Source of the DNA: Rhodospirillales bacterium
GTDB lineage: Bacteria > Pseudomonadota > Alphaproteobacteria > Acetobacterales > Acetobacteraceae
Assembly (NCBI GenBank): GCA_947447625.1
Contig: CANFKS010000003.1
Span: 899-64,898, forward strand
Length of the DNA: 64,000 bases
Direction: 5' to 3'
Part shown: positions 62,779 through 64,000 of the stretch, one piece after another
Layout: each line of letters begins with the position of its first letter
Position numbering within the stretch: position 1 is the stretch's first letter
The notes under the pieces: generated by a model
Database searches by the model: none
Seen by the model: only the letters and a program-made list of their open reading frames with translations
What the model was told of the DNA's origin: nothing
Program-made: the position numbers and the translations under genes

Positions 62779-62801
62779 AAAGATATCCTTATGTCTAGAT
62801 A
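62776..62801. promoter_or_regulatory. Candidate operator: two adjacent imperfect palindromes in the 26-bp divergent spacer
   Basis: CATAAAGATATCCTTATG (62776-62793) is 16/18 self-complementary, centred on GATATC. TGTCTAGATA (62792-62801) is centred on TCTAGA. Both lie immediately upstream of or overlapping the sahR-like start. Confidence 0.35.
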
Positions 62802-62804
62802 GTC

Positions 62805-63134
62805 ATGGAATCCCCGAACCATCGCATTCCCGTCCGTTTCGGACACTGGTCCTCGGCCCAAGCCGGCGAGGTGGTCTTGGTCGGCGCAACAATCCCGGCC
62901 CCTGATGGGATCGCCGTCGCGATCTGGGATGGCGAGCACGGCGCCGGCTGCGCCTGCTGCGGCGGCCGATCACGGCTCGCTGCGGTTCTGTCATCCCTGT
63001 TCGTCAGCGCGATGCGCGGCGAGCGTCCCCGGTTTTCCGCCATTGTTGTCGACCTGGACAACAGCGCAGACGCGTCCCTGCGCGATGCGCTCCGCACCGA
63101 TCGCTTCCTCGCCGCACGCTACGTGATCGCCTGA
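62805..63134 (+). CDS. Hypothetical 109-aa protein resembling a P-loop-less fragment of CobW/G3E GTPases (GCACC motif)
   Basis: Intact ORF with GC-rich third positions but no obvious SD. By eye, IAVAIWDGEHGAGCACCGGRSRLAAVLSSL...RFSAIVVDLDNSADASLRDALRTDRFLAARYVI parallels the CobW/YjiA segment IAVI.NEFGE...NGCICC...FD.IVIE.TG.ADP...RY. The Walker A position reads GHWSSAQAGEV. Confidence 0.4.
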   Translation: MESPNHRIPVRFGHWSSAQAGEVVLVGATIPAPDGIAVAIWDGEHGAGCACCGGRSRLAAVLSSLFVSAMRGERPRFSAIVVDLDNSADASLRDALRTDRFLAARYVIA

Positions 63135-63156
63135 CCCGACGCCGAAACCGGCCCCG

Positions 63157-63591
63157 TCAGCAAAACCAACCAGGGCAGGCACTGCGCGCCGGTGCACCCG
63201 GCGTCCGCGGGTTGTCCAAGGGGTTGCCCAAGGGGTTGCCCGACGATGGCGCAAGGCGTGACGACGTCGGTGTCAGCATGCATTGCGACAAAAGACTCAA
63301 CGCCACGATCATCGCCAGAATCGCAGGCCCGGTAACCTTCGAAATCCCCTTCGGGACCAGCGTCTCCACCCTGTCGAGACCCAGCAATTCGGCCTGCTCG
63401 ATCGTCTCCCGGTCGGCCTGCCCCGTGGGTTCGATGGCATACTGCGCCTGGAACGCATGCGTGGCCGCCTCGGTCGCCTCGTCGAAGACGCCGGGCACCA
63501 TCGTATCGTATTCAGCAAACCAGGCCTGAGCGAGAAACCGCTGCCAGACCTCAACATTGCGGCCGGTGTCGCCGAGTTGAAGGGGTGTCAT
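63157..63591 (-). CDS. Peptidoglycan-binding (PG_binding_1-like) domain protein with central TM segment
   Basis: 144 aa. The N-terminus LQLGDTGRNVEVWQRFLAQ...FDEATEAATHAFQAQYAIEPTGQADRETI matches the PGBD repeat pattern. This is followed by TM AILAMIVALSLLSQCML and then a Pro/Gly/Asn tail. Confidence 0.6.
   Translation of the reverse strand: MTPLQLGDTGRNVEVWQRFLAQAWFAEYDTMVPGVFDEATEAATHAFQAQYAIEPTGQADRETIEQAELLGLDRVETLVPKGISKVTGPAILAMIVALSLLSQCMLTPTSSRLAPSSGNPLGNPLDNPRTPGAPARSACPGWFC
63208..63243. repeat. 12-bp tandem repeat (GGGGTTGCCCAA-like) x3 inside CDS tail
   Basis: Three units: CGGGTTGTCCAA / GGGGTTGCCCAA / GGGGTTGCCCGA. They encode the GNPLGNPLDNP repeats on the minus strand. Confidence 0.6.
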
Positions 63592-63851
63592 GCCGGCTGA
63601 ATGCCATGTCGCGAAACGATGTGCAATTGTCGGCGCGTGACGATATCACAATGAGCTGAGATGAAGGATTTCGACGTTTCCATAAATTCCCATTAACGCT
63701 TATGATAGAACGTCACTTTGCGATGATGCTTTAGCATGTCGGGCTCTGGCGTTATAAGCGGGTCCGACGCGTGTTGGTAATGTGGCTCCGCGTGTGTCCG
63801 CTCGCGCTTCAGGCGGAACAGCAAAGCGTGATGCAGTGAGAGGACGTAATC

Positions 63852-64000
63852 TTGGATTCAGATGCCCGCGCTTCGACCCCGCCGCTGCTTGAGGGTCCGC
63901 CGAACAACGCAACCGCCGGGCTGACGCCGCTCGAGCTGCGCCTGCAGGCGATCGTCATGGCCGGACGCGAACAAGGCGCTGACCTTGAGCGGGAGGATCT
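63852..64000 (+). CDS. Hypothetical protein, N-terminal fragment (runs off right edge)
   Basis: TTG at 63852 (GAGG 8 nt upstream) opens a frame free of stops to the window end: LDSDARASTPPLLEGPPNNATAGLTPLELRLQAIVMAGREQGADLEREDL. Third positions are GC-rich. Start and function are uncertain. Confidence 0.25.
   Translation, partial: MDSDARASTPPLLEGPPNNATAGLTPLELRLQAIVMAGREQGADLERED

Overview
GC-rich chromosomal window. Gene content and order point to an alphaproteobacterium. Three housekeeping blocks are present: parB-parA-rsmG-mnmG-mnmE; aroA-cmk-rpsA-sppA-ihfB-lapA-like-pyrF-trpF; and tRNA-Leu/tig-clpP-clpX-lon-hupB-tRNA-Val. A sahR-like/metH operon is also present. Between these blocks lie transporter-rich metabolic regions: four ABC importer loci including yejABEF, one orphan binding protein, two DHA2-type MFS pumps, and assorted enzymes. 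I call about 60 CDS and 2 tRNAs. I saw no rRNA, CRISPR array, IS/transposase, integrase, prophage remnant or recognisable defence or toxin system, so by gene content this is largely an ordinary core/metabolic region. The structures not explained by the gene calls are listed here. (1) A family of ~50-bp palindromes (CTAG-bounded in the best copies), four copies, all at gene 3' ends, with compensatory arm substitutions. (2) A small ORF that looks like a P-loop-less CobW/G3E remnant retaining GCxCC, divergent from sahR-metH. (3) A 16-bp x3 tandem repeat and a G-run motif in the 398-bp spacer between metH and tRNA-Leu. (4) A 21-bp x3 in-frame repeat in the Tat-signal n-region of a binding protein. 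(5) An AT-rich perfect palindrome at the trpF/aroQ convergent junction. (6) A consensus parS inside rsmG. Many long ORFs in the track are antisense shadows of real genes, as expected in high-GC DNA, and were rejected. Several track ORFs were trimmed to internal starts on the basis of SD sequences, neighbouring stops or an overlapping tRNA.
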